A stretch of 64,000 bases of DNA, taken from Candidatus Competibacter sp. (GTDB taxonomy: Bacteria > Pseudomonadota > Gammaproteobacteria > Competibacterales > Competibacteraceae). A program made the position numbers and the translations under genes. The notes beneath the pieces are model-generated. The model was not told the DNA's origin. It ran no database searches and saw only the letters and a list, made by a program, of their open reading frames with translations. The stretch is taken from contig DAORPQ010000004.1 in the NCBI GenBank assembly GCA_035442025.1, forward strand, positions 14,515-78,514. The letters are read 5' to 3'. Each line of letters starts with the position of its first letter. The stretch's first letter is position 1. This document shows, in pieces, positions 1 to 14,062 of this stretch.

Positions 1-1242
1 CTGGATGAGCTTCGCACGTTCACCGGCGTACTCGACGCCGTCAAGCAGGATTATGTGGAGTCGATCAAGGACAAGGACCTGCTGGAAAACGCCATTCGCG
101 GGATGCTCAGCAACCTCGACCCCCACTCGGCGTTCCTGGACGCCGAAGCTTTCCAAGATTTGCAGGTGGGCACCTCCGGCGAGTTTGGCGGCTTGGGGAT
201 TGAAGTGGGCCAAGAAGACGGTTTCATCAAAGTCATCACCCCCATCGACGACACCCCGGCCGCGCGGGCGGGCGTCCGCTCCGGCGATCTCATCATCCGG
301 CTCGATGACACCTCGGTCAAAGGGATGGCGCTCTCTGACGCCATCCAGCGGATGCGCGGCAAGCCCAACACCGCCATCACCCTGACCATCATCCGGGAAG
401 GCCTGAGAAAGCCGTTGAAAATGAAGCTGGTCAGGGAAGTCATTCAGGTCAAGAGCGTCAAGAGCCGCTTGTTGGAACCGGGCTTCGCCTATTTGCGGGT
501 CACCCAGTTTCAGGCCAAAACCGCCCAGAACCTGCAACATGATTTGCAAACGCTCGAACAGCAGAACAAAGCGCCGCTGAAAGGGCTGGTGCTGGATTTG
601 CGCAACAATCCGGGCGGCGTGTTGAACGGCGCGGTGGATGTGGCGGACGATTTTCTGGAAGACGGCGTGATCGTCGAGACCAAGGGACGCGGCAACGGTT
701 CCGACCAAAGCTATAAAGCCACTCCCGGCGACCTGCTGAAAAGCGCGCCCATGGTGGTGCTGGTCAACGGTGGCTCGGCCTCGGCCTCGGAAATCGTGGC
801 CGGCGCGCTCCAGGATCATCACCGCGCGTTGATTCTGGGCGAGCGGACCTTCGGCAAGGGTTCGGTACAAACCATCCTGCCGCTGGGTAACGGCACCGCG
901 GTCAAGCTGACTACCGCCCGTTATTACACCCCCAAAGGCCGTTCCATCCAAGCGGCCGGCATCGAGCCCGACATCAAGCTCAAGCCGCTGAAGGTCGGGA
1001 GCGCGGACAGCGCCGAGCCGGATTTCATCAAGGAGGCCGATCTGACCGGCCATCTGCGCAACGACCGCTCCGATAAGCCCGAAAGCGAGCCGCCGGACGT
1101 TCCGCCCGATTCCAAAACCCTTTCCGATCCCCCCAAGACCCCCGACACCGAGGGCGACTTGGCGCAAAACGATTACCAGCTCTATGAAGCCTTGAACCTG
1201 CTCAAGGGCATGACCCTGTTGCACAATCGCAAGAGCGGTTGA
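1..1242 (+). CDS. ctp: Carboxy-terminal processing protease (S41 peptidase, Ctp/Prc family); 5' end cut by window edge
   Basis: Frame 1 is open from base 1 (LDELRTFTGVLDAVKQDYVESIKDKDLLENAIRGML). PDZ-like segment GLGIEVGQEDGFIKVITPIDDTPAARAGVRSGDLI. S41 catalytic region NPGGVL...GGSASASEIVAGALQD...TFGKGSVQT. Stop at 1240-1242. Confidence 0.9.
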   Translation: MDELRTFTGVLDAVKQDYVESIKDKDLLENAIRGMLSNLDPHSAFLDAEAFQDLQVGTSGEFGGLGIEVGQEDGFIKVITPIDDTPAARAGVRSGDLIIRLDDTSVKGMALSDAIQRMRGKPNTAITLTIIREGLRKPLKMKLVREVIQVKSVKSRLLEPGFAYLRVTQFQAKTAQNLQHDLQTLEQQNKAPLKGLVLDLRNNPGGVLNGAVDVADDFLEDGVIVETKGRGNGSDQSYKATPGDLLKSAPMVVLVNGGSASASEIVAGALQDHHRALILGERTFGKGSVQTILPLGNGTAVKLTTARYYTPKGRSIQAAGIEPDIKLKPLKVGSADSAEPDFIKEADLTGHLRNDRSDKPESEPPDVPPDSKTLSDPPKTPDTEGDLAQNDYQLYEALNLLKGMTLLHNRKSG

Positions 1243-1271
1243 TTCGCCCGCCCGCCTAGAGGAGAAAACGC

Positions 1272-1817
1272 ATGGCTACCGTTCTCATCCCGCTCGCCCA
1301 AGGTTGCGAGGAGCTAGAAGCTGTGACCCTCATCGACTTGTTGCGTCGCGCCAATGTCACGGTGGTGGTGGCCGGTCTGGAGCGAGGCCCGGTGACCGCA
1401 TCGCGCGGTGTGGTGTTGCTTCCCGAGGTCACGCTGGATGAGGTGTTGGACCGCGATTTCGATTTGGTGGTACTGCCCGGCGGCCTGGGTGGCGCCCAGC
1501 GCCTGGAAGCCGATCGGCGTATCGCGGCGCTACTGCGGCGGCAAACCGAACAGGGCCGTTACGTCGGCGCCATTTGCGCCGCGCCCAAGGTGTTGGCCAG
1601 CGCCGGGCTGTTGAACTACCGGGAAGCCACCGCCTATCCGGGTATCCTCGACGGCCAGACCGAGATTCGCTTGAGCAGCGCCGCCGTGGTGCGCGACGGC
1701 ACCTTCATCACTTCGCGCGGACCCGGCACGGCCATGGATTTTGCGCTGGCCCTGATCGAGCTGCTGTGCGGGCGCGACGCGCGCGACGAGGTGGAAGCGG
1801 CGCTGCAACGATCTTGA
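1272..1817 (+). CDS. yajL: DJ-1/PfpI family protein (YajL-like deglycase/chaperone)
   Basis: 181 aa. VLIPLAQGCEELEAVTLIDLLRRA, LVVLPGG, nucleophile elbow GAICAAP, SRGPGTAMDFALALIELL. Colinear with E. coli YajL over its full length. Confidence 0.85.
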   Translation: MATVLIPLAQGCEELEAVTLIDLLRRANVTVVVAGLERGPVTASRGVVLLPEVTLDEVLDRDFDLVVLPGGLGGAQRLEADRRIAALLRRQTEQGRYVGAICAAPKVLASAGLLNYREATAYPGILDGQTEIRLSSAAVVRDGTFITSRGPGTAMDFALALIELLCGRDARDEVEAALQRS

Positions 1818-1878
1818 GTTCCCGCACGACCGATCACGGCCCGCAAACGGCTCAAACGAGCCGGAACCCTCGGGGCGA

Positions 1879-3552
1879 TCAAGCCTGCTTCGGCCATGCC
1901 CCGAGCAGCAGACCCACGCCGATGCCGCCGGCCAGCCAAGCCAGCAGCGGCATCTGCCAAAGGCCGGCCGCGCGGGCGGCATCCAAACCCAGCAACACCG
2001 CCGCGCTGACGATCAACGCCGCGCCCACCACCGCATGGAAACTGCGCCGGTTGGCTCGCCGTATTTCCCGCCGCAATCGCTCCATCTCTTGTTTGTGTAA
2101 TTGCACGGCGATTTCGCCGGAATTGGCCTTGCGCAACAAGCCGTAGACCAAATTGGGCAAATCCGGCGTTTGGTCGGCCCAGCGCGGGATGTAGTGTTTG
2201 ATGCGCTTGATGACCGACCACGGCCCGACCCGTTCCCGCATCCAGCTCTCCAGAAACGGTTTGGCGGTTTTCCACAAATCCAGTTCGGGATCAAGCTGGC
2301 GACCCAGGCCTTCGATATTGAGCAAAGTCTTTTGCAGCAGCACCAGTTGCGGTTGCACCTCCATATTGAAACGGCGAGCGGTCTGAAACAAGGTCAACAA
2401 AAAACCGCCGAAGGAAATGTCCTTGAGCGGCCGGTCGAAGATCGGCTCCGACACGGTGCGGATGGCCGACTCGAATTCATCCACCCGGGTTTCCGCCGGC
2501 ACCCAGCCCGACTCGATGTGCAGTTCCGCCACCCGGCGGTAGTCACGCTGAAAAAACGCCAGAAAATTATCGGCCAGATAATGCTGGTCGGTGGGGCTGA
2601 GCGTGCCGATGATGCCAAAATCCACGGCGATATAACGCGGATCGGCCGGATCTTCGGCGTTGATGAAAATATTTCCCGGATGCATGTCGGCGTGGAAAAA
2701 GCTGTCGCGGAACACTTGGGTGAAGAAAATCACCACGCCCCGTTCCGACAGCTTTTTCATATCCACGCCGCGCCGGTGCAATTCGGCGATATCGCCCACC
2801 GGAATCCCATAAATCCGCTCCATGACCAGCACGTTGCGGCGAGTTTCCGGCCAGAACACTTCCGGCACATACAGGATCGGCGAATTTTGAAAATTGTGCC
2901 GCAACTGGCTGGCGTTGGCGGCTTCGCGGACCAAATCCAGCTCGTCGAAAATGGTCTTCTCGTATTCCGCCACCACTTCGACCGGCCGCAACCGGCGACC
3001 TTCCTTCCAGTAGCGCTGCGCCAACCCCGCGATGAGGTAGAGAAGCTCGACATCGCGGCGGATGATTTTCTCGATAGCCGGCCGCAAGACCTTGACGACC
3101 GCATCGCGTCCGCCGCGCAGGCGGGCGGCATGGACCTGAGCGATGGACGCCGAGGCCAGCGGCTGAAACCCGAAGTCGTCGAACACCGTTTCCAGCGGTT
3201 TTCCGTAGGCCTTTTCGATGATGGCACGGGCCTGCTCGCCGGGAAACGGCGGCACCTGATCTTGCAGCTTGGCCAGCTCCAGGGCGATGTCATCGGGCAA
3301 CAAATCGCGGCGGGTGGATAGCATCTGACCGAACTTGACGAAGATCGGCCCCAGGTCCTCCAGCGCCAGCCGGATGCGGGCGCCGCGCGATAGTTCGGAT
3401 TGCTGGCGGGGCAGCCAGTTCCAAGGCAGCAGATGGCGCAGAAAGCCGACCGGCCGGAACAGGTGGGTGGCAAAGATGATGTCGTCCAGGCCGTGGCGCA
3501 CCAACACCCGGTTGATGTGCAGCAACCGCAACAGTTGGGCGGGACCGAACAT
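1879..3552 (-). CDS. ubiB: Ubiquinone biosynthesis regulatory protein kinase UbiB (ABC1 family)
   Basis: 557 aa. [40 protein letters not shown], two C-terminal TM helices. Last gene of a ubiE-ubiJ-ubiB arrangement. Confidence 0.95.
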   Translation of the reverse strand: MFGPAQLLRLLHINRVLVRHGLDDIIFATHLFRPVGFLRHLLPWNWLPRQQSELSRGARIRLALEDLGPIFVKFGQMLSTRRDLLPDDIALELAKLQDQVPPFPGEQARAIIEKAYGKPLETVFDDFGFQPLASASIAQVHAARLRGGRDAVVKVLRPAIEKIIRRDVELLYLIAGLAQRYWKEGRRLRPVEVVAEYEKTIFDELDLVREAANASQLRHNFQNSPILYVPEVFWPETRRNVLVMERIYGIPVGDIAELHRRGVDMKKLSERGVVIFFTQVFRDSFFHADMHPGNIFINAEDPADPRYIAVDFGIIGTLSPTDQHYLADNFLAFFQRDYRRVAELHIESGWVPAETRVDEFESAIRTVSEPIFDRPLKDISFGGFLLTLFQTARRFNMEVQPQLVLLQKTLLNIEGLGRQLDPELDLWKTAKPFLESWMRERVGPWSVIKRIKHYIPRWADQTPDLPNLVYGLLRKANSGEIAVQLHKQEMERLRREIRRANRRSFHAVVGAALIVSAAVLLGLDAARAAGLWQMPLLAWLAGGIGVGLLLGAWPKQA

Positions 3553-3582
3553 GCTGTCCGAACGCCTCGGAAGACGGCTGCT

Positions 3583-4191
3583 TTAGAGCGGGTCGCCGGC
3601 CACATGCCGGCGCAGGCGTTCGACTCGCGCCGCCAGACGGTCGGCATCCTCACGCAACGCATCCACGGCGCCCAGAAAACGCTCGACCGCGTAAGGCGGG
3701 GGTAACGCGCGCAATTCCTGCTGAAGATATTCAGCGCCGTCTCGCGCCAACACGGCGGACGTTCGCCGCTTCCAACCTTGCAAGCCGCGCCATAAATTGC
3801 CTAATTGATGGGCGACGGCATCACCGGCTCGGCGCGCGAGTTGCTCCTCCCAATCGATATCCAAGCGCGCCAGTAACGCCCGCAACTGTGCCGCCACGGC
3901 CGTATCGCCTTCAACGATGAGATCTCGGCCCTCGCCCGCAACGCCGCGCCATTGCCGGAACAGCGCCAGCGGCGTGCCGCGAATCCACACCGCAGGTTCC
4001 CCTTCATGATGGCTCGTCACCCTGATCCGGCCCGCGTCAGCCAGCATGTAGAAGCACTGGCCCAAACCCACCAATTCGACAGCGATGACTTTGCCCTCCA
4101 AGCTCGCCAGTCGTGACAAACTCTCGGGATCAAGCGCCAAATAGCGGTTGAGCGCGGCTTCCAAACCGGTGGTGATAACAGCGGGCGTCAC
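3583..4191 (-). CDS. ubiJ: Ubiquinone biosynthesis accessory factor UbiJ (SCP2-like)
   Basis: 202 aa with an SCP2-like N-terminal half. Lies between ubiE and ubiB, as in the conserved operon. Confidence 0.75.
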   Translation of the reverse strand: MTPAVITTGLEAALNRYLALDPESLSRLASLEGKVIAVELVGLGQCFYMLADAGRIRVTSHHEGEPAVWIRGTPLALFRQWRGVAGEGRDLIVEGDTAVAAQLRALLARLDIDWEEQLARRAGDAVAHQLGNLWRGLQGWKRRTSAVLARDGAEYLQQELRALPPPYAVERFLGAVDALREDADRLAARVERLRRHVAGDPL

Positions 4192-4260
4192 AAAAAATCC
4201 TCAAAATAACAATAAGATACTAAAAATTGCCCCGGAAATGAGGCCATGAGACGCTCGAAA

Positions 4261-5022
4261 TCAGAACTTGTAGCCGCGATGCGCCGCCACGATGCCACCG
4301 CTCAGATTGAAATACTGGCAGCGCTCGAACCCCGCTGCCTCCATCATGCCCAACAGCGTTTGCTGGTCCGGGTGCATCCGGATGGATTCGGCCAGATAGC
4401 GGTAGCTGGCGGCGTCGTTGGCCACCAACTTGCCCAGCACCGGCAAGACCGAGAAGGAGTATAGGTCATAAGCGGGCTTCAAGCCGGGCGCGACCGGGTG
4501 GGAAAACTCCAGAATCACCGCCCGTCCGCCCGGTTTGAGCGCGGCGTGCATGGCGGATAAGGCCCGGTCCTTGTAGGTGACGTTGCGCAAGCCGAACGCG
4601 ATGGTGATGCAATCGAAGCTGTTGGCGGGAAACGGCAGCGTCTCGGCGTCGGCCTGCACGTAGGCGACATTGCCGACCACACCCTCATCGACCAGCCGCC
4701 GCCGGCCTTCGGCCAGCATGTTGGCGTTGATATCCGATAGCACCACCCACCCTCTCGGGCCGACCCGCGACAACAGCCGACCGCTCAGATCGCCGGTGCC
4801 ACCGGCCAAGTCCAGCACCCGCTCCCCGGCCCGCACCCCACACAACCGCACGGCGAAGCGCTTCCACAAGCGATGCACGCCGAACGACATCAAATCGTTC
4901 ATCAGGTCGTACTTACCGGCGACCGAATCGAAGACGCCGGCCACCTTGCGGGCCTTTTCGTCAGGGGCCACCTTCTGGTAGCCGAAATGCGTGGTCTCGG
5001 GCGGTTCCATGCGGTCGGACAT
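4261..5022 (-). CDS. ubiE: Ubiquinone/menaquinone biosynthesis C-methyltransferase UbiE
   Basis: 253 aa. THFGYQKV...[29 protein letters not shown] motif [17 protein letters not shown]. Confidence 0.95.
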   Translation of the reverse strand: MSDRMEPPETTHFGYQKVAPDEKARKVAGVFDSVAGKYDLMNDLMSFGVHRLWKRFAVRLCGVRAGERVLDLAGGTGDLSGRLLSRVGPRGWVVLSDINANMLAEGRRRLVDEGVVGNVAYVQADAETLPFPANSFDCITIAFGLRNVTYKDRALSAMHAALKPGGRAVILEFSHPVAPGLKPAYDLYSFSVLPVLGKLVANDAASYRYLAESIRMHPDQQTLLGMMEAAGFERCQYFNLSGGIVAAHRGYKF

Positions 5023-5037
5023 CTCGGTTGTGGGAAC

Positions 5038-5394
5038 TCAGACTTGGCGTTGGTAGCCGGCTTCGGCCAGCCGGCGCAGATAATCTTGCCAGTTGCTTTC
5101 CTGCTCGGCGCCCAATTCGTGCAGCACGTTCCAGGAATACAAGCCGGAGGCATGGCCATCATCGAACACCAACTTCACGGCGTAGTGGCCCACCGGTTCG
5201 ATGGCGTCGATGTTGACCTTTTCCTTGCCGGTGACCAGCGTCGCCGTACCCGGCCCGTGACCCCGCACTTCGGCGGAAGGGGAAAATACCCGCAGATACT
5301 CACACGGCAATTGAAAATGGCTGCCGTCCTCAAACGCGACTTCCAGCACGCGGGAGGCTTGGTGCAATTTGATTTCGGTGGGGCGAACGCTCAT
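5038..5394 (-). CDS. DUF971 / gamma-butyrobetaine hydroxylase-like N-terminal domain protein
   Basis: 118 aa. The pattern LEVAFEDGSHFQLPCEYLRVFSPSAEV...GHYAVKLVFDDGHASGLYSW is typical of the DUF971 family. Confidence 0.7.
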   Translation of the reverse strand: MSVRPTEIKLHQASRVLEVAFEDGSHFQLPCEYLRVFSPSAEVRGHGPGTATLVTGKEKVNIDAIEPVGHYAVKLVFDDGHASGLYSWNVLHELGAEQESNWQDYLRRLAEAGYQRQV

Positions 5395-5403
5395 GGCCGA
5401 TCC

Positions 5404-6738
5404 TCACAAGATATAACGGGTCAGGTCTTCGTCTTTGACCAGCTCGCCCAGATGCGCGTCCACATAGGCGCGGTCCACGGTCACGGCCTGACCGGCGCGG
5501 TCGGGCGCTTCGAAGGAAATCACTTCCAGCAGACGCTCCATAACGGTGTGCAAACGCCGCGCGCCGATATTCTCGGTGCGCTCGTTGACCTGGCAGGCGA
5601 TTTCGGCGAGGCGCCGCACCCCGTCGGCCGCAAACTCCAGTTTGACCGCCTCGGTTTCCAGCAGCGCGGCATACTGTTCGGTCAGCGACGCGTCGGGCTC
5701 GGTCAAGATGCGCACGAAATCCTCGGTGCTCAAGGCGCTCAGCTCGACCCGGATCGGCAGCCGGCCCTGCAATTCGGGAATCAGATCGGACGGCTTGGCC
5801 AGATGGAACGCGCCGGAGGCGATGAACAGAATGTGGTCGCTGCGCACCATGCCGTACTTGGTGGAAATGGTGCAGCCTTCGACCAACGGCAACAGATCGC
5901 GCTGCACGCCCTCGCGCGACACGTCGGGGCCGCCGTATTCGCCGCGCTTGGCCACCTTGTCGATTTCGTCGATGAACACGATGCCGTTCTGCTCGACCGC
6001 CGCCAGCGCCTTGAGCTTCAGTTCTTCCTCGTTGACCATCTTGGCCGCCTCCTCTTCCTGTAACAGTTTCAAGGCATCTTTGACCTTGAGCTTGCGGTTG
6101 CGGGTGCGATTGCTGGTCAGATTCTGAAACAGGCTCTGCAACTGGTTGGTCATCTCCTCCATCCCCGGCGGCGCCATGATCTCCACGCCCACCGGTCGCA
6201 CCGATACTTCGATTTCGATTTCCCGGTCGTCCAGATCGCCCTTGAGCAAGCGCTCGCGCATCTTCTGGCGGGTGACCGAGTGATCGGGTGCGGGGGGTTC
6301 GTTGGCGAAGCCGACGCCGCGCGGGCGCGGCAACAACGCGTCCAACACCCGCTCGAAGGCGGCCTCCTCGGCGCGGTGACGGACCTTTTGCATTTCCTCT
6401 TCGCGCACCATCTTCACCGCGCCGTCCATCAGGTCGCGGATGATGGACTCGACATCTCGGCCGACATAACCGACTTCGGTGAACTTGGTCGCCTCAACCT
6501 TGATGAACGGGGCATTGGCCAGTTTGGCCAGCCGCCGGGCGATCTCGGTCTTACCGACGCCGGTCGGGCCGATCATCAGGATGTTCTTGGGGGTGATTTC
6601 GTTACGCAGATCGGGATTCACCCGCATCCGCCGCCAGCGGTTGCGTAAGGCGATGGCCACCGCGCGCTTGGCCGCATCCTGGCCGATGATGTGCTTGTCC
6701 AATTCCTGGGCGATTTCTCGGGGGGTCATCTCCGACAT
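5404..6738 (-). CDS. hslU: ATP-dependent protease ATPase subunit HslU
   Basis: 444 aa. [17 protein letters not shown], Walker [16 protein letters not shown], Walker [10 protein letters not shown]. Confidence 0.97.
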   Translation of the reverse strand: MSEMTPREIAQELDKHIIGQDAAKRAVAIALRNRWRRMRVNPDLRNEITPKNILMIGPTGVGKTEIARRLAKLANAPFIKVEATKFTEVGYVGRDVESIIRDLMDGAVKMVREEEMQKVRHRAEEAAFERVLDALLPRPRGVGFANEPPAPDHSVTRQKMRERLLKGDLDDREIEIEVSVRPVGVEIMAPPGMEEMTNQLQSLFQNLTSNRTRNRKLKVKDALKLLQEEEAAKMVNEEELKLKALAAVEQNGIVFIDEIDKVAKRGEYGGPDVSREGVQRDLLPLVEGCTISTKYGMVRSDHILFIASGAFHLAKPSDLIPELQGRLPIRVELSALSTEDFVRILTEPDASLTEQYAALLETEAVKLEFAADGVRRLAEIACQVNERTENIGARRLHTVMERLLEVISFEAPDRAGQAVTVDRAYVDAHLGELVKDEDLTRYIL

Positions 6739-6804
6739 AATGCGGCTACCGTCTTGGGAAAAAGCGAAAACGGGACGGCGGAGGCATCCGTCGCGAGGAT
6801 CGGA

Positions 6805-7347
6805 TCACGGGTCCGCCAATTCTTCAAAGGTCAGATTCTCGTTGGTGTATATGCAGATGCCGGCGGCGATTTTCAAGGCCTGCTCGACGATGGTCCGCGC
6901 GTCGAGTTCGGTATGCTCCAGCAACGCCTGGGCGGCGGCCTGCGCGTAGCTGCCGCCGGAACCGATCGCCGCCAGCTCGCGTTCCGGCTCGATGACATCG
7001 CCGTTGCCGGACAAAATGAGGGTCGTACCGAGATCGGCGACGATCAGCAAGGCTTCCAAGCGGCGCAACATGCGGTCGGTGCGCCAGTCCTTCGCCATTT
7101 CCACGGCGGCGCGGGTCAGGTTGCCACCGTGCTTCTCCAGCTTGCCTTCAAAGCGCTCGAACAGGGTGAACGCGTCGGCGGTGCCGCCCGCGAAACCGGC
7201 GATCACCTTGTTCTGGTACAAACGCCGCACCTTGCGGGCGTTGCCTTTCATCACGGTATTGCCCAGCGTCACCTGGCCGTCGCCGCCGATGACGACCCGG
7301 CCGTTGCGGCGCACGGTCAATACCGTGGTGCCATGCATGGATTCCAT
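6805..7347 (-). CDS. hslV: ATP-dependent protease subunit HslV
   Basis: The ORF extends to 7422, but conserved HslV begins at [26 protein letters not shown] (catalytic Thr after a short propeptide). ATG at 7347 is preceded by AGAGG. Confidence 0.93.
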   Translation of the reverse strand: MESMHGTTVLTVRRNGRVVIGGDGQVTLGNTVMKGNARKVRRLYQNKVIAGFAGGTADAFTLFERFEGKLEKHGGNLTRAAVEMAKDWRTDRMLRRLEALLIVADLGTTLILSGNGDVIEPERELAAIGSGGSYAQAAAQALLEHTELDARTIVEQALKIAAGICIYTNENLTFEELADP

Positions 7348-7426
7348 AGAGAGGCCTCTTTGTTGCGGGGGATTGTACACGATACCGCGTCCGGGATTCC
7401 CGGCCGACTTCCTGGGAGCCATTTTT

Positions 7427-7467
7427 CAAAAAGAAGCCCCGGTTACAAGGGGGAATGGAACCGGGGC
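7427..7467 (-). terminator. Rho-independent terminator-like hairpin downstream of rimO
   Basis: Perfect 9-bp stem GCCCCGGTT (7436-7444) / AACCGGGGC (7459-7467) with a 14-nt loop. On the minus strand it is followed by TTCTTTTTG (7427-7435). Confidence 0.55.
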
Positions 7468-7635
7468 GAATAAGTGGTCCGGTCTAGCTGACCGGACTAG
7501 CCCGCTCAGGGAGGGAAGCGGACAGGCGTAAGGGCTTACGCTTATCTTCTAAGATGGGGGCGACCGCAAAAAGTTCAATGGGTCTCGACGCGCTCGTTGG
7601 CCTGTTACCAACAGTTCGCTGGTCGCCTAAGGCCG

Positions 7636-8955
7636 TCACAGCGGTTCCGCATATAAGTCGTGTTCGTCCGTATCCACGATCCGCACGTCGACAAATTCGC
7701 CGGCCGCAAACGCCCCGCCTCGCTCGATGGCGACCACGCCGTCGACCTCTGGCGCATCGGCGGCGGAGCGGGCGATAGCCGTCCCCCCGGTATCGATGGC
7801 GTCCACCAGCACCGTGACCGTCCGGCCGATCTTGCGGCGCAGGCGCGCGGCGCTGATGGTCGCTTGCAGTTCCATCAGTCGCGCCCGCCGTTCCTGCCTG
7901 ATCTCCTCGGGAACGGGATCGGCCAACCGGTTGGCGGCGGCGCCCGCCACCGGCGAGTAGCTAAAGCAACCGACCCGATCCAGTTCGGCTTCGGCCAGAA
8001 AAGCCAACAAGCGCTCGAAATCCGCCGCCGTCTCGCCCGGAAAGCCGACGATGAAGGTGCTGCGCAAGGTGAGATCGGGACAGCGCTCCCGCCAGCGGCG
8101 AATCCGTTCCAGCGTGTTGCCGGTATTGGCCGGCCGCTTCATGGCTTTCAGAATGGGCGGGCTGGCGTGCTGGAGCGGCACGTCCAGATAAGGCAACAGC
8201 TTGCCCTCCGCCATCAACGGGATCAACTCATCGACATGGGGATACGGGTAGACGTAATGCAACCGCACCCACACGCCCAGTTCGCCGAGCGCCGCCGCCA
8301 GCGGCGTCAGGTGGGTCTTGAGCGGCCGACCGTTCCAAAAACCGGTGCGATAGCGCACATCCGCCCCATAGGCGCCGGTATCTTGAGAAACGATCAGCAA
8401 TTCCTTGACGCCGGCCCGCGCCAGAGTTTCCGCCTCCCGCAACACGTCGCCGACCGGTCGGCTGACCAAATCGCCGCGCAGTTGCGGGATGATGCAGAAG
8501 CTACAGCGGTGGTTGCAGCCTTCGGAAATCTTGAGATAAGCGTAGTGGCGCGGCGTGAGCTTGATCCCCTGCGGCGGCAGCAAATCCAGGAAGGGATCAT
8601 GCGGCCGGGGCAGATGGGTGTGAACCGCCGCCAACACTTCCTGGCAGGCGTGCGGCCCGGTGACCGCCAGTACGCTGGGGTGCAGATCGCGCACCACGCT
8701 GCCCTTCGCCCCCAAGCAACCGGTGACAATGACCTTGCCGTTCTCGGCCAGCGCCTCGCCGATGGCATCCAGCGATTCGGTCACCGCCGCGTCGATGAAA
8801 CCGCAGGTGTTAACCACCACCAAATCCGCCGCCGCGTAAGTCGGCGCTACCCCGTAACCCTCGGCCCGCAACTGGGTGAGGATTTGCTCGGAGTCCACCA
8901 ACGCCTTCGGACAACCGAGGCTGACAAAACCGATCTTGGGTTCCTGCTTCATCAA
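7636..8955 (-). CDS. rimO: Ribosomal protein S12 methylthiotransferase RimO (radical SAM)
   Basis: 439 aa. [28 protein letters not shown], radical SAM motif CNHRCSFC, C-terminal TRAM-like domain. Confidence 0.95.
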   Translation of the reverse strand: MMKQEPKIGFVSLGCPKALVDSEQILTQLRAEGYGVAPTYAAADLVVVNTCGFIDAAVTESLDAIGEALAENGKVIVTGCLGAKGSVVRDLHPSVLAVTGPHACQEVLAAVHTHLPRPHDPFLDLLPPQGIKLTPRHYAYLKISEGCNHRCSFCIIPQLRGDLVSRPVGDVLREAETLARAGVKELLIVSQDTGAYGADVRYRTGFWNGRPLKTHLTPLAAALGELGVWVRLHYVYPYPHVDELIPLMAEGKLLPYLDVPLQHASPPILKAMKRPANTGNTLERIRRWRERCPDLTLRSTFIVGFPGETAADFERLLAFLAEAELDRVGCFSYSPVAGAAANRLADPVPEEIRQERRARLMELQATISAARLRRKIGRTVTVLVDAIDTGGTAIARSAADAPEVDGVVAIERGGAFAAGEFVDVRIVDTDEHDLYAEPL

Positions 8956-9156
8956 ACCTTACCCACCCCGCCCATCGCAAAAAATCCAGCGCCGGACCCC
9001 GAAGCGACGGGCGCGAACCCATCGAAACGTTGCTTGCGAGCCAGCCCGTAAAATCGGTATATTACGTGGTTTAGCAGCTCACCAGATATCATCCCGCGCG
9101 CGGCGAGCGGCGCGTCACGGGCAAGCAAACAGCAGCATTGGGAAGGTTCGGCAGCC

Positions 9157-9402
9157 ATGAAGAAAGGCATTCATCCCGAGTATCGCGAAGTCGTGTTCCA
9201 GGACATTTCGACCGATTTCGCGTTCCTCACGCGCTCCACCATCAGCACCCGAGATAAAATCAAATGGACGGATGGCAAGGAGTATCCCCTGGTCAAGGTG
9301 GAGGTTTCCAGCCACTCCCATCCCTTCTATACCGGCAAGCAGAAAATCGTCGATACCGCGGGCCGGGTGGACCGCTTCCGCCGAAAATACGGCCTGAGCT
9401 GA
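9157..9402 (+). CDS. rpmE2: 50S ribosomal protein L31, type B (zinc-independent paralogue)
   Basis: 81 aa. [16 protein letters not shown]...[25 protein letters not shown]. No CxxC zinc-ribbon cysteines, which is the type B signature. Confidence 0.9.
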   Translation: MKKGIHPEYREVVFQDISTDFAFLTRSTISTRDKIKWTDGKEYPLVKVEVSSHSHPFYTGKQKIVDTAGRVDRFRRKYGLS

Positions 9403-9495
9403 AGGTCGGGTCGTCATCCCGCGCCTGCCATCGCCCGCTCGCGCATTGTTTGGCCAGCGCCAACCCGGCGCACCCTGTCGCTCCACCAACGGCGC

Positions 9496-10293
9496 TTACT
9501 TGCCGGGCGCGCCGGCTCGCTTGAGCAGCTCCTGGGCATACCGAATGGGAATGGCGTAGCTGATACCGCTCGGCCTATCCAAGACGGCTTCCTTACTCTG
9601 CTGGACAAAAACTTTATTGATCACCCCGATCACCGATCCGTTGGCCGGCTCGTACAGCGGGCTGCCGCTGTTACCGGGATAGGCGGTGGCATCCAGCTGA
9701 AAAACCTCATAAGGTTCTTGTCGCAAGCGCTTGAGGGTGGCGCCGTCCAACTGCGCCGCTTCCCCGGCCGGTATGGCGATCGGACTGATGGCGGCGATAA
9801 TCCCGGTGTGGGTCACCGGAAACAGGCCCAGCACGACGCCGAGCGGAAAGCCGGTAAACGCGACCTCTTGACCCTCGCGCACCGGTTTCGACCCGCCCAG
9901 GCGCAACGGCGGCAGCGGGGCGCCCTCGAATTTCAGCAGCGCCAAGTCGTGAACCGGATCGATGGCCACCTTGCTGGCCGGCCGGGACTCGATCTGTTTG
10001 CCGCGACCGATAAAAATGGCCAGCGTCTCCTTGCCTTGGGGGTCGAGCAAATCCGGCAAGCCGTGGGCGTTGGTGATGACATGGCTCCCCTGCGCCACCA
10101 CGAAACCGGTCGCCAAAAACTGCGCAGAGGGCTGTCGGGCCGGTTGCACCGTGCCAACCGCCACAACGCCGGTCTTGATCTTCGCCACGGTATCGGCCAG
10201 ATTGGCCGCCCGAACCGCCAGCGGAAGCACCACCAACACGGCCGCAACAGCGCGCGCGCGCCAACCGCAAGCAAGCTGCATTTCGCTGGTCAT
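9496..10293 (-). CDS. Secreted trypsin-like serine protease (S1C catalytic domain, no PDZ)
   Basis: Triad contexts ITNAHG (His), DLALLK (Asp) and GNSGSPL (Ser). Signal-peptide-like AVAAVLVVLPLAVRA. The ORF start at 10386 would overlap greA, so ATG at 10293 (or 10281) is preferred. Confidence 0.8.
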   Translation of the reverse strand: MTSEMQLACGWRARAVAAVLVVLPLAVRAANLADTVAKIKTGVVAVGTVQPARQPSAQFLATGFVVAQGSHVITNAHGLPDLLDPQGKETLAIFIGRGKQIESRPASKVAIDPVHDLALLKFEGAPLPPLRLGGSKPVREGQEVAFTGFPLGVVLGLFPVTHTGIIAAISPIAIPAGEAAQLDGATLKRLRQEPYEVFQLDATAYPGNSGSPLYEPANGSVIGVINKVFVQQSKEAVLDRPSGISYAIPIRYAQELLKRAGAPGK

Positions 10294-10312
10294 CCCTCGT
10301 TGAAAACGGCGG

Positions 10313-10788
10313 TTAGCGATACTGGGCGTCGACGATCTCATAACTTTTGAGACCACCGGGCGTCTGGACGTCAACCACATCGCCAACCCGTTTGCCGATC
10401 AACGCGCGGGCGATGGGCGAGCCGAAAGAAATCTTGCCGTCCTTGATATCGGCTTCGTCCTCACCGACGATCTGGTAGCGCCTTTCTTCCCCGCTGTCCT
10501 CATCGGTCAGCACCACGGTCGAGCCGAACACCACTTTATCCGATGGCGCCAAGGTGGTGACGTCGATGATCTGGGCGTTGGCCAGCTTGGCTTCGATGTC
10601 GGCGATGCGGCCTTCCGTGAAACTCTGCTGCTCGCGGGCGGCGTGATATTCGGCGTTTTCCTTTAAATCGCCGTGGCTGCGCGCCTCGGCGATGGCGGCG
10701 GTGATCCGCGGTCGCGCCACGGCCTTCAGCTCATGCAGTTCCGCGCGCAGGCGGGCGGCCCCGGAGGCGGTCATCGGTACTCTAGTCG

Positions 10789-10792
<4 letters not shown>
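10313..10792 (-). CDS. greA: Transcription elongation factor GreA
   Basis: 159 aa. [18 protein letters not shown]...[22 protein letters not shown]. Start overlaps the carB stop. Confidence 0.96.
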
Positions 10793-14013
<3,221 letters not shown>

Positions 14014-14062
14014 GATGTGTCCTGAAGGCAAAAACCGCGAGCGGCGGGCGAAGCGAACGGCC

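Noticed and set aside
2101-3321. Long plus-strand ORF (406 aa) antisense to ubiB. Similar long shadow ORFs occur at 4873-6063, 7660-9051, 12751-13995, 13961-15286, 25638-26747, 28570-29817, 32817-34292, 41510-43258, 56620-58011 and 60425-61897.
   Set aside because: All lie on the opposite strand or in another frame of genes with unmistakable conserved products. Their translations are Arg/Gly/Ala/Pro-rich with no motifs, as expected for stop-codon-poor alternative frames in ~63% GC DNA.
7348-7426. Sigma32 heat-shock promoter upstream of hslV
   Set aside because: A TTGAAA-like element (TTTTTGAAAAAT) and a TACAAT hexamer are present. However, no CCCCATNT-type -10 occurs at the right spacing and no convincing -35/-10 pair could be aligned, so there is too little support to annotate.
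9403-9495. Expected L36 type B paralogue (rpmJ2/ykgO) next to L31 type B
   Set aside because: No small ORF resembling MKV..SVK..C/..RRG..VIC was found on either side of rpmE2. The region is short and ends at the convergent protease gene.
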